A stretch of DNA of 64,000 nucleotides, from the sequence record LR746311; one strand, written 5' to 3'. The notes beneath the pieces are model-generated. The model was not told where the DNA came from. It saw nothing but the letters and a program-made list of their open reading frames with translations, and did no database searches. Both the position numbers and the translations under genes were made by a program. How positions within the stretch are numbered: position 1 is the stretch's first letter; the number at the start of each line of letters is the position of its first letter. The stretch is from Shigella phage vB_SsoM_113. This document shows positions 46,922 to 55,285 of the stretch, piece after piece.

Positions 46922-47553
46922 ATGTGCCACATGTTTATAAGTATAAACATCCTAAAACTAAAAAGTGGTATATAGGAAGTCATGATGGTCACAACCCAAA
47001 TTATGATGGTTCGGGTGTAGTTTGGCAACATGCTAAAAAGAAATATGGAATAAAATCCTTTAATAAAGAAATATTATATGAAGGACCAATGTTTAGACAG
47101 GTTGAAGAAATTATTTTAACTTGTTTAGATGCTGCTAATTGTCCGGATTCATATAATTTAAAGAATGAAGCATGGGGAGGAAGTTTTCCAGGCAAATTAA
47201 ATGGAATGTACGGTAAAAAACTATCTCCAGAAGAAAGATATAAGTGCGGAAATGCCTTTCGTGGAATCAAGCGTCCTGATCATTCTAAAAGAATGAAAGG
47301 CGAAGGTAATCCAATGTATGGTAAAAATGAGCAGGCATATGGAATTATAAATCGAGCAAAGGAAAATTCTGGTAAAACTTATGAAGAAATTTTTGGCGCA
47401 GAAAAAGCTAAAATAATTAAAGAAACGATGTCTAAAAATCGTAAAGGAAAACCTCATAATTTGATAGAAAAAATATGTCCGCATTGCGGACTAAAAGGAC
47501 GTGGGCCAAATATGACAAGATACCATTTTGACAAATGTAAGGCACTTAAATGA
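46912..47553 (+). CDS. GIY-YIG homing endonuclease-like protein (seg-type)
   Basis: N-terminal HVYKYKHPKTKKWYIGSHDG...YDGSG GIY-YIG motif; NUMOD-like GKK repeats; C-terminal CPHCG zinc knuckle; between 42 and the glycosyltransferase. Confidence 0.7.
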   Translation: MEVNVPHVYKYKHPKTKKWYIGSHDGHNPNYDGSGVVWQHAKKKYGIKSFNKEILYEGPMFRQVEEIILTCLDAANCPDSYNLKNEAWGGSFPGKLNGMYGKKLSPEERYKCGNAFRGIKRPDHSKRMKGEGNPMYGKNEQAYGIINRAKENSGKTYEEIFGAEKAKIIKETMSKNRKGKPHNLIEKICPHCGLKGRGPNMTRYHFDKCKALK

Positions 47554-48392
47554 TTCAATTCGTAATTCCAAGCTATCAACGCGTAGGGGCAGTTTCTGCC
47601 CTTGATATGTTTCCATCTGATTATGAACCACATATTGTAGTACGTAAACATGAAGAAAAAGCTTATTATGATGCTTACGGGTCTAGAGCCAAAATTATAA
47701 CTATTCCTGATGATGTCAATGGAATTGCTGGTACTCGTAAAGCAATTACTGATATGTATGCAGGTCAACGAATTTGGATGATTGATGATGATACTACTAT
47801 TCGTATGAGTTCAATGCGAAAAAGAGATGATCGTCGCTGCGTAGATAAAATTAATCAGTTAACTCGTGAACAGTTCTATGAATTGATTCAATACGTCGAA
47901 GATGCCATGGATTGTGGGTATTATCACGGTCATGCTCGTCTACCTATTTTTAAAATTACTTCATCTTGGGGTAATTATCGTGAAAATTCATATGGATTCA
48001 CGAATACTTGGTATGACCTCGGGAAACTTACAACAGAACAAATTGGATATGGAAAAATTGATTTATGCGAAGATATGTATGCATTTCTCAATTTAATTAA
48101 TCAAGGTTATCCGCATTTGGCCTTGTTCAAATATCTGGTTGTATCTGGAAAAGCGCAAGCTCCAGGCGGATGTAGTTCAATTCGTAGTAATTCAAAACAT
48201 AATAGAGCTCTTGAGCAAATCAATAGAGAGTTTCCAGAGCAAGCTCGTTGGAAAACATCGAATATTGAAAAGAGAAAATCGTTGGGTGAAGAAGACGAGC
48301 CATTAAAGGTTCTTCGCATGTGTGTTTCGCGCAAAGAAAAATCAGAAGCGTTTCATAAGTTTAATGCTATTCATCCAATAGCAGTTGATTAA
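47550..48392 (+). CDS. glycosyltransferase, not T4 beta-gt-like (280 aa)
   Basis: N-terminal VIPSYQR and WMIDDD (DxD) motifs typical of GT-A glycosyltransferases; occupies the beta-gt locus. Confidence 0.65.
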   Translation: MIQFVIPSYQRVGAVSALDMFPSDYEPHIVVRKHEEKAYYDAYGSRAKIITIPDDVNGIAGTRKAITDMYAGQRIWMIDDDTTIRMSSMRKRDDRRCVDKINQLTREQFYELIQYVEDAMDCGYYHGHARLPIFKITSSWGNYRENSYGFTNTWYDLGKLTTEQIGYGKIDLCEDMYAFLNLINQGYPHLALFKYLVVSGKAQAPGGCSSIRSNSKHNRALEQINREFPEQARWKTSNIEKRKSLGEEDEPLKVLRMCVSRKEKSEAFHKFNAIHPIAVD

Positions 48393-48469
48393 TGCCTAAA
48401 TTTATTGTGTTATAATTACTTTATCTTTAACCAGTGAGGAAAATATAATGATGCCTATGGAAAAAATGA

Positions 48470-49651
48470 ATGTCTATTGCAGATTTAAAATCCCGTTTGA
48501 TTAAAGCTTCCACTTCTAAAATGACTGCTGAACTGACTACATCTAAATTCTTTAATGAAAAGGATGTAATCCGTACAAAAATCCCAATGCTTAATATCGC
48601 TATTTCTGGTGCAATTGATGGTGGTATGCAGTCTGGTTTAACCATTTTTGCAGGTCCTTCTAAACACTTTAAATCAAATATGTCTTTGACTATGGTTGCG
48701 GCGTATTTGAACAAATATCCTGACGCGGTATGTCTATTCTATGATAGCGAATTTGGTATTACTCCAGCTTATTTGCGATCCATGGGAGTTGACCCGGAAC
48801 GAGTAATTCATACACCAATTCAGTCAGTTGAACAGCTGAAAATTGATATGGTGAATCAGCTTGAAGCTATTGAGCGTGGTGAAAAAGTTATTGTATTCAT
48901 CGACTCAATTGGTAATATGGCTTCTAAGAAAGAAACGGAAGATGCCTTGAATGAAAAATCTGTGGCAGATATGACTCGTGCTAAATCACTGAAGTCATTA
49001 TTCCGTATTGTTACTCCTTATTTTAGTATTAAAAACATTCCGTGTGTTGCGGTTAACCATACAATTGAAACAATTGAAATGTTTAGTAAAACCGTGATGA
49101 CAGGTGGTACAGGCGTAATGTATTCGGCTGATACTGTGTTCATTATCGGTAAGCGCCAGATTAAAGATGGTTCTGATCTTCAGGGGTATCAATTTGTTCT
49201 AAATGTAGAAAAATCTCGTACCGTTAAAGAAAAAAGTAAATTCTTTATTGATGTTAAATTTGACGGTGGCATCGATCCTTATTCTGGATTGTTAGATATG
49301 GCTCTTGAATTAGGATTTGTGGTAAAACCTAAAAATGGCTGGTATGCTCGTGAATTTCTTGACGAAGAAACCGGTGAGATGATTCGCGAAGAAAAATCTT
49401 GGCGTGCAAAAGATACCAATTGCACTACATTCTGGGGTCCTTTATTTAAGCATCAGCCATTCCGAGATGCTATTAAACGCGCTTATCAGTTAGGTGCTAT
49501 TGATAGTAATGAAATTGTTGAAGCTGAAGTTGATGAATTGATTAACTCAAAGGTTGAAAAATTTAAATCTCCAGAAAGTAAAAGTAAATCAGCAGCTGAT
49601 TTAGAAACTGACCTAGATCAGTTAAGTGATATGGAAGAATTTAATGAATAA
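48470..49651 (+). CDS. uvsX: recombinase UvsX (RecA-like)
   Basis: 393 aa; Walker A GPSKHFKS; DLKSRLIKASTSK N-terminus matches recalled T4 UvsX. Confidence 0.95.
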   Translation: MSIADLKSRLIKASTSKMTAELTTSKFFNEKDVIRTKIPMLNIAISGAIDGGMQSGLTIFAGPSKHFKSNMSLTMVAAYLNKYPDAVCLFYDSEFGITPAYLRSMGVDPERVIHTPIQSVEQLKIDMVNQLEAIERGEKVIVFIDSIGNMASKKETEDALNEKSVADMTRAKSLKSLFRIVTPYFSIKNIPCVAVNHTIETIEMFSKTVMTGGTGVMYSADTVFIIGKRQIKDGSDLQGYQFVLNVEKSRTVKEKSKFFIDVKFDGGIDPYSGLLDMALELGFVVKPKNGWYAREFLDEETGEMIREEKSWRAKDTNCTTFWGPLFKHQPFRDAIKRAYQLGAIDSNEIVEAEVDELINSKVEKFKSPESKSKSAADLETDLDQLSDMEEFNE

Positions 49652-49988
49652 AGATGATTTAGATTTAGATCTAGAAATTATTGATGAATCCCCCTCTTCG
49701 GAGGGGGAAGAAGAAAGAAAAGAACGTCTTTTTAATGAATCTCTTAAGATAATTAAATCTGCCATGGAAAATGTTATCCAGGAGATTGTCATTAAACTAG
49801 AAGATGGTTCTACACACATTGTGTATGTGACAAAATTAGATTGGGTTGATGGAAAAGTCGTAATGGACTTTGCTGTTCTTGACCAAGAAAGAAAAGCTGA
49901 GTTAGCTCCTCATGTAGAAAAATGTATTACAATGCAACTACAAGATGCATTTAATAAAAGGTCAAAGAAAAAATTTAAATTCTTTTAA
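49644..49988 (+). CDS. 40: gp40-like head assembly protein
   Basis: 114 aa from ATG 49644; between uvsX and 41 as T4 gene 40. Confidence 0.6.
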   Translation: MNKDDLDLDLEIIDESPSSEGEEERKERLFNESLKIIKSAMENVIQEIVIKLEDGSTHIVYVTKLDWVDGKVVMDFAVLDQERKAELAPHVEKCITMQLQDAFNKRSKKKFKFF

Positions 49989-49997
49989 GGAGTAAGT

Positions 49998-51425
49998 GTG
50001 GTAGAAATTATTCTTTCCCATCTCATATTTGATCAAGCTTATTTTTCAAAAGTTTGGCCATATATGGATTCAGAATATTTTGAAAGTGGTCCAGCTAAAA
50101 ATACATTCAAATTAATTAAATCTCATGTTAATGAATACCATAGCGTTCCATCTATTAATGCGTTAAATGTTGCATTAGAAAATAGTTCATTTACTGAAAC
50201 AGAATATTCTGGTGTAAAAACACTTATTTCAAAACTGGCCGATTCGCCAGAAGACCACAACTGGTTAGTAAAAGAAACAGAAAAATATGTTCAGCAAAGG
50301 GCGATGTTTAATGCTACGTCTAAAATAATTGAAATTCAAACTAATGCTGAGCTTCCTCCAGAAAAACGAAATAAGAAAATGCCAGATGTAGGTGCTATTC
50401 CTGACATCATGCGCCAAGCATTATCAATTTCATTTGATAGTTACGTTGGTCATGATTGGATGGATGACTACGAAGCACGTTGGCTATCTTATATGAATAA
50501 AGCTCGTAAGGTTCCATTTAGACTCAAAATTCTAAATAAAATTACTAAAGGTGGAGCTGAAACTGGAACACTGAACGTTTTAATGGCTGGTGTTAACGTC
50601 GGTAAGTCATTAGGTCTGTGTTCATTGGCAGCAGATTATTTGCAGCTCGGACATAATGTTCTTTACATTTCCATGGAAATGGCAGAAGAAGTCTGTGCTA
50701 AGCGTATTGATGCTAATATGCTTGATGTTTCTCTTGATGACATTGATGATGGGCATATTTCTTACGCTGAGTATAAAGGAAAAATGGAAAAATGGCGTGA
50801 GAAATCTACTCTTGGACGTTTAATCGTTAAACAGTATCCTACTGGTGGAGCAGACGCTAATACATTCAGGTCTCTCTTGAATGAATTGAAGCTCAAGAAG
50901 AATTTTGTTCCAACAATCATTATTGTTGACTATCTGGGTATTTGTAAATCTTGCCGCATCAGAGTTTATTCAGAAAATAGTTACACAACTGTTAAAGCTA
51001 TCGCAGAGGAATTGCGTGCTCTGGCTGTTGAAACCGAAACTGTTCTTTGGACCGCAGCACAGGTTGGTAAACAAGCTTGGGACTCTTCTGATGTTAACAT
51101 GAGCGATATTGCAGAATCTGCCGGCCTTCCAGCAACAGCCGATTTTATGCTTGCGGTCATTGAAACCGAGGAGCTAGCAGCTGCTGAACAACAACTCATT
51201 AAGCAAATCAAATCACGATATGGTGATAAGAATAAATGGAATAAGTTTTTGATGGGTGTTCAAAAAGGAAATCAAAAATGGGTAGAAATTGAGCAAGATT
51301 CTACTCCAACCGAAGTGAACGAAGTAGCAGGTTCACAGCAGATTCAGGCTGAACAGAATCGCTATCAAAGAAACGAATCCGCTCGAGCTCAGTTAGATGC
51401 TTTGGCAAATGAATTAAAATTTTAG
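49998..51425 (+). CDS. 41: replicative DNA helicase gp41
   Basis: 475 aa; GTG start; Walker A GVNVGKS; matches recalled T4 gp41 N-terminus MVEIILSHLIFDQAYFSKV. Confidence 0.95.
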   Translation: MVEIILSHLIFDQAYFSKVWPYMDSEYFESGPAKNTFKLIKSHVNEYHSVPSINALNVALENSSFTETEYSGVKTLISKLADSPEDHNWLVKETEKYVQQRAMFNATSKIIEIQTNAELPPEKRNKKMPDVGAIPDIMRQALSISFDSYVGHDWMDDYEARWLSYMNKARKVPFRLKILNKITKGGAETGTLNVLMAGVNVGKSLGLCSLAADYLQLGHNVLYISMEMAEEVCAKRIDANMLDVSLDDIDDGHISYAEYKGKMEKWREKSTLGRLIVKQYPTGGADANTFRSLLNELKLKKNFVPTIIIVDYLGICKSCRIRVYSENSYTTVKAIAEELRALAVETETVLWTAAQVGKQAWDSSDVNMSDIAESAGLPATADFMLAVIETEELAAAEQQLIKQIKSRYGDKNKWNKFLMGVQKGNQKWVEIEQDSTPTEVNEVAGSQQIQAEQNRYQRNESARAQLDALANELKF

Positions 51426-51454
51426 TTTACAAGCCGACAAGACTATGGTATAGT
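51425..51454 (+). promoter_or_regulatory. T4-type early promoter with 12-bp flanking dyad
   Basis: GTTTAC, -10 TGGTATAGT; inverted repeat CCGACAAGACTA / TAGTCTTGTTGG. Confidence 0.65.
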
Positions 51455-51483
51455 AGTCTTGTTGGTTAAATGAGGAGATTGTT

Positions 51484-51666
51484 ATGGAATTGGTAAAGGT
51501 AGTTTTTATGGGGTGGTTTAAGAACGAAAGCATGTTTACTAAAGAGATCACAATGATGAAAGATGACGTTCAATGGGCTACTACTCAATATGCTGAAGTT
51601 AATAAAGCGCTAGTTAAAGCTTTCATTGATGACAAGAAGGTATGTGAAGTGGATTGCCGAGGATAA
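51484..51666 (+). CDS. dmd: Dmd, inhibitor of RnlA/LsoA toxins
   Basis: 60 aa; MELVKVVFMGWFKNESMFTKEI... matches recalled T4 Dmd (gene 61.5). Confidence 0.9.
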   Translation: MELVKVVFMGWFKNESMFTKEITMMKDDVQWATTQYAEVNKALVKAFIDDKKVCEVDCRG

Positions 51667-51667
51667 T

Positions 51668-51925
51668 ATGCATATCGTTTTATTTAAACCTACTCCGTAT
51701 AATGTCAGGAAAAATACTCAATTCAAAGCACTTATTGCAGATACGTGGGAATTAGTATTAGATATTCCGGCAGAAGAAAGCCCTCCATTTGGTCGAGTGG
51801 AATTTATTAAGTTTGTTGTGCGCCCTACAAAGCGACAGATTCGTCAATGCAAAAGATACTTTCGTAAAATCGCCAAGTTAGAGAAACAGTTTGTAACATG
51901 TGATTATGCAGAAGTTTTAAAATAA
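51668..51925 (+). CDS. hypothetical basic protein (85 aa), T4 61.4 position
   Basis: ATG at 51668 after GAGGA. Confidence 0.55.
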   Translation: MHIVLFKPTPYNVRKNTQFKALIADTWELVLDIPAEESPPFGRVEFIKFVVRPTKRQIRQCKRYFRKIAKLEKQFVTCDYAEVLK

Positions 51926-51927
51926 CT

Positions 51928-51957
51928 GTTTACTTTTATTGGAAATTGAGATACTAT
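51928..51957 (+). promoter_or_regulatory. T4-type early promoter
   Basis: GTTTAC, 18-bp spacer, -10 TACTAT. Confidence 0.6.
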
Positions 51958-51985
51958 ATAAACATAAACTACTGAGGAGATTATC

Positions 51986-52279
51986 ATGAAAAAATTTATC
52001 TTTGCTGCAATTTTTGCTTTATCTTCTTGCGCTGCTCAGCCTGCTATGGCGGGTTATGACAAAGATTTGTGCGAATGGTCTATGACTGCAGATCAGACTG
52101 AAGTTGAAATTCAAATTGAAGCGGATATTATGAATATCGTTGAACGTGATCGTCCTGAAATGAAAGCTGAAGTGCAAAAACAACTTAAATCTGGTGGTGT
52201 AATGCAGTATAATTATGTTCTGTATTGCGATAAAAACTTTAATAATAAAAATATCATCGCTGAAGTGGTAGGTGAGTAA
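51986..52279 (+). CDS. sp: Spackle-like periplasmic protein
   Basis: 97 aa with signal peptide MKKFIFAAIFALSSCAAQPAMA; position matches T4 sp (61.3). Confidence 0.7.
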   Translation: MKKFIFAAIFALSSCAAQPAMAGYDKDLCEWSMTADQTEVEIQIEADIMNIVERDRPEMKAEVQKQLKSGGVMQYNYVLYCDKNFNNKNIIAEVVGE

Positions 52280-52291
52280 TTAGAGGTTAGT

Positions 52292-52648
52292 ATGTATAGT
52301 TCTGAATTTTCATATTTAAAAATGGAAAAAATTTCATACGATTTTATAGATGAAAAGGTTTATTACAGCTTCCATGAACCACGTTTTAATAGTGAGGTTG
52401 GGTTTATTATAGTAAAAGACAATTTCATTTTAAAAATATATTCGGCATTAAAGGATTTTCACTACGAAAATATTAACCTAAAATTTGATAAAGAAAACGT
52501 TCGTAATTGCGCAGTAACAATTACAGGAAATAAAGGTACATGCGTTATGCTATCTGATGAAATTAATGATTTGTTAAATGATGTAGAAAAAGTTGCTATT
52601 CCATCGATTGATGACCAAATTTTTAATGCTTTTATGAATAGAGGTTAA
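52292..52648 (+). CDS. hypothetical protein (118 aa), T4 61.2 position
   Basis: ORF track; SD GAGG upstream. Confidence 0.55.
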   Translation: MYSSEFSYLKMEKISYDFIDEKVYYSFHEPRFNSEVGFIIVKDNFILKIYSALKDFHYENINLKFDKENVRNCAVTITGNKGTCVMLSDEINDLLNDVEKVAIPSIDDQIFNAFMNRG

Positions 52649-52649
52649 T

Positions 52650-52814
52650 ATGAAAACATATAAAGAATTTATTAAAGAAGATATGGTAGCTGGAGATTCA
52701 GGTGGTAATCCTGAAAATATCTCCACTGGAACAACGTCAGGTGCTGTAGTAAATAAAGGTCCTGAACAGATTCCTAAAAAGAAAAAAGAGGAATCTAAAG
52801 AAAAAGAAGAGTAA
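52650..52814 (+). CDS. small protein with capsid-targeting-sequence-like N-terminus (54 aa)
   Basis: Hand-translated MKTYKEFIKEDMVAGDSGG...KKKKEESKEKEE; SD GAGG upstream; ends 2 nt before the gene 61 start. Confidence 0.5.
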   Translation: MKTYKEFIKEDMVAGDSGGNPENISTGTTSGAVVNKGPEQIPKKKKEESKEKEE

Positions 52815-52816
52815 AA

Positions 52817-53845
52817 ATGTCATCAATACCTTGGATTGATAATGAGTTTGCATACCGTGCATTGGCTCATTTACCTAAATTCGCACAAGTAAATAATAGT
52901 TCAACTTTTAAATTACGGTTTAGATGTCCTGTTTGTGGAGATTCAAAAACCGACCAAAATAAAGCCCGTGGATGGTATTATGGTGATAATAATGAAGGAA
53001 ATATTCACTGTTATAACTGTAACTATCATGCACCAATCGGAATATATTTAAAGGAGTTTGAACCTGATTTATATCGTGAGTATATCTTTGAAATAAGAAA
53101 AGAAAAAGGTAAAAGTCGTCCAGTAGAAAAACCTAAAGAACTTCCTAAACAACCTGAGAAGAAAATAATTAAATCTCTTCCGTCATGCATTAGATTAGAT
53201 AAACTGGCGGAAGACCATCCAATTATAAAATATGTAAAAGCTCGTTGTATTCCAAAGGATAAATGGAAATATCTTTGGTTTACAACCGAATGGCCTAAAT
53301 TAGTTAATAGTATAGCGCCAGGAACATATAAAAAGGAAATACCTGAGCCTCGTCTTGTTATTCCAATTTATAATGCTAACGGAAAAGCTGAGTCTTTTCA
53401 AGGACGTGCATTAAAGAAAGATGCTCCTCAAAAATATATCACCATCAAAGCTTATCCTGAGGCAACAAAAATTTATGGAGTCGAACGAGTCAAAGATGGT
53501 GATGTATATGTTCTAGAAGGACCTATAGATTCACTTTTTATTGAAAATGGTATAGCTATTACGGGTGGTCAATTAGACCTAGAAATTGTTCCATTTAAAG
53601 ATAGACGTGTGTGGGTTTTAGATAATGAACCTCGTCACCCTGACACTATTAAACGAATGACTAAATTGGTTGATGCAGGAGAAAGGGTTATGTTTTGGGA
53701 TAAATCTCCCTGGAAATCAAAAGATGTTAATGATATGATTAGAAAGGAAGGTGCAACCCCTAAACAAATTATGGAATATATGAAAAATAATATTGCCCAA
53801 GGGTTGATGGCTAAAATGCGGCTATCTAAATATGCTAAGATTTAA
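52817..53845 (+). CDS. 61: DNA primase gp61
   Basis: 342 aa; N-terminal Zn-ribbon CPVCGDSK...CYNCNYH and TOPRIM region. Confidence 0.93.
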   Translation: MSSIPWIDNEFAYRALAHLPKFAQVNNSSTFKLRFRCPVCGDSKTDQNKARGWYYGDNNEGNIHCYNCNYHAPIGIYLKEFEPDLYREYIFEIRKEKGKSRPVEKPKELPKQPEKKIIKSLPSCIRLDKLAEDHPIIKYVKARCIPKDKWKYLWFTTEWPKLVNSIAPGTYKKEIPEPRLVIPIYNANGKAESFQGRALKKDAPQKYITIKAYPEATKIYGVERVKDGDVYVLEGPIDSLFIENGIAITGGQLDLEIVPFKDRRVWVLDNEPRHPDTIKRMTKLVDAGERVMFWDKSPWKSKDVNDMIRKEGATPKQIMEYMKNNIAQGLMAKMRLSKYAKI

Positions 53846-54042
53846 ATTAACCCAACTAAAGCAAATGCTAAATCTACGAATGTATCAAGAGTAATTACTG
53901 GAATATTAACGCCATGAGCAATAGCAATTGGCGATAAAACAAAATTCCAGAGTAAAATTCCTACCATAGCAGAAATAGTAAAAGCTATACGTTTTTTATT
54001 ACCTTTTATGGCATTAACAAGTGCCATTAATTTTTGTACCAT
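53842..54042 (-). CDS. small hydrophobic membrane protein (66 aa) on the opposite strand
   Basis: Only non-overlapped minus-strand ORF in the window; SD AAGGAGG 4 nt upstream of ATG; two predicted TM helices. Confidence 0.5.
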   Translation of the reverse strand: MVQKLMALVNAIKGNKKRIAFTISAMVGILLWNFVLSPIAIAHGVNIPVITLDTFVDLAFALVGLI

Positions 54043-54055
54043 ATGTCCTCCTTAT

Positions 54056-54079
54056 TGCTTTATATATTTATTGTATAAT
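54056..54079 (+). promoter_or_regulatory. candidate MotA-dependent middle promoter for gene 56
   Basis: MotA box TGCTTTA, 11-bp gap, TATAAT. Confidence 0.5.
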
Positions 54080-54113
54080 TAATCTACTAACCCATGAATT
54101 GAAAGGAAAAATA

Positions 54114-54632
54114 ATGGCTTACTTTAATGAATGTAGTCAACTGATTGAAGGCGCTGATAAAGCTCAAAATGAATACTGGGATATTCTCGGCGATGAAAAA
54201 GACCCGCTGCAGGTTATGCTTGATATGCAGAAATCTCTGCAGGTTCGTTTAGCTAAAGATAAACCTGAATATAACCGTCATCCTGATGATTTGGCTACTG
54301 CAGGTGAAGTTGTTGATTGGCTGCGTAATCAGAAAGATTATATTGATGATGAATTCCGCGAACTTCTGACTTCTCTTGGTGGTATGAGCAATGGCGAAAA
54401 AGATGCATCTGCTGTATGGAAGCCTTGGAAGTCGCAACACGGTGAACGTCGTGAAACTCTGATTACTGATTTGTCTCCACAAGACCAGTTGGAAATTAAA
54501 TTCGAAATGATTGATATTCTTCATTTCGTTCTGAACATGTTCCAAGGCCTCGGTCTTACGGCTGAAGAAATCTTTAAACTTTATTATCTGAAAAATGCTG
54601 AAAACTTCGCTCGTCAAGACCGAGGTTATTAA
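54114..54632 (+). CDS. 56: dCTPase/dUTPase gp56
   Basis: 172 aa from ATG 54114 with SD AAAGGAAAA; MAYFNECSQLIEGADKAQNEYWDILG matches recalled T4 gp56. Confidence 0.9.
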   Translation: MAYFNECSQLIEGADKAQNEYWDILGDEKDPLQVMLDMQKSLQVRLAKDKPEYNRHPDDLATAGEVVDWLRNQKDYIDDEFRELLTSLGGMSNGEKDASAVWKPWKSQHGERRETLITDLSPQDQLEIKFEMIDILHFVLNMFQGLGLTAEEIFKLYYLKNAENFARQDRGY

Positions 54633-54856
54633 TGGCTCGTTTAAATAAACGCCAGCTTAAGAAAGCCCACAAGAAACGTATTGACCAGCTATTTAAAAAT
54701 TATGACAAGGAGCTCACATACGAGCTCTTATCTAATCAGCTTCGTGCAGTTGATTGGGGTGTAGAAGAAGGTCTTGATGAAATTTTTGTCAGTAAAGAAG
54801 CCTTAAAATTAATTATAGAGCATTCAAATGAAAATATCCAAAGAAGAATTTATTAG
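54632..54856 (+). CDS. hypothetical protein (74 aa)
   Basis: ORF track; start overlaps gene 56 stop. Confidence 0.55.
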   Translation: MARLNKRQLKKAHKKRIDQLFKNYDKELTYELLSNQLRAVDWGVEEGLDEIFVSKEALKLIIEHSNENIQRRIY

Positions 54857-55001
54857 ACGACAAAAAGCTTTAATTAATTTATACGAGTGGTATGCCTATC
54901 AACTTAAAGTAGATAGCTCTAATATAAATGCTGTAATGGCTTTATATAAACAAATTCAAGATGAACACGAATTCCTGGCACAAGTTTTCATTGAAGACTG
55001 A
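54828..55001 (+). CDS. hypothetical small protein (57 aa)
   Basis: Hand-translated ORF. Confidence 0.35.
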   Translation: MKISKEEFIRRQKALINLYEWYAYQLKVDSSNINAVMALYKQIQDEHEFLAQVFIED

Positions 55002-55009
55002 TATAAATA
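55002..55009 (+). promoter_or_regulatory. late promoter box TATAAATA upstream of soc
   Basis: Exact TATAAATA about 30 nt upstream of soc. Confidence 0.65.
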
Positions 55010-55040
55010 CACCTGTAATTAAACAATAAAGGAGTTTATT

Positions 55041-55277
55041 ATGGGTGGTTTCGTTAACATCAAGACCTTTACTCATCCAGCGGGTGAAGGCAAAGAAGTT
55101 AAAGGTATGGAAGTTTCTGTTCCGTTTGAAATTTATTCTAACGAGCATCGTATCGCAGATTCTCATTATCAAATCTTTCCGTCAGAAAAAGCAGCTTATT
55201 CTGATGTAGTTTCCGATGCAGCAACTTGGAAAACTAAGAATACTGCAATGTTTACGCCTACAGAAATAGGTGGTTAA
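55041..55277 (+). CDS. soc: small outer capsid protein Soc
   Basis: 78 aa; MGGFVNIKTFTHPAGEGKEVKGMEVSVPFEIYSNEHRIAD closely resembles recalled RB69-type Soc. Confidence 0.88.
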   Translation: MGGFVNIKTFTHPAGEGKEVKGMEVSVPFEIYSNEHRIADSHYQIFPSEKAAYSDVVSDAATWKTKNTAMFTPTEIGG

Positions 55278-55285
55278 AATTCAAG

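Noticed and set aside
54021-54113. Upstream in-frame extension of gene 56 from ATG 54021
   Set aside because: The extension runs through the MotA-type promoter and encodes a hydrophobic artefact; ATG 54114 has a proper SD and gives the expected roughly 172-aa dCTPase.
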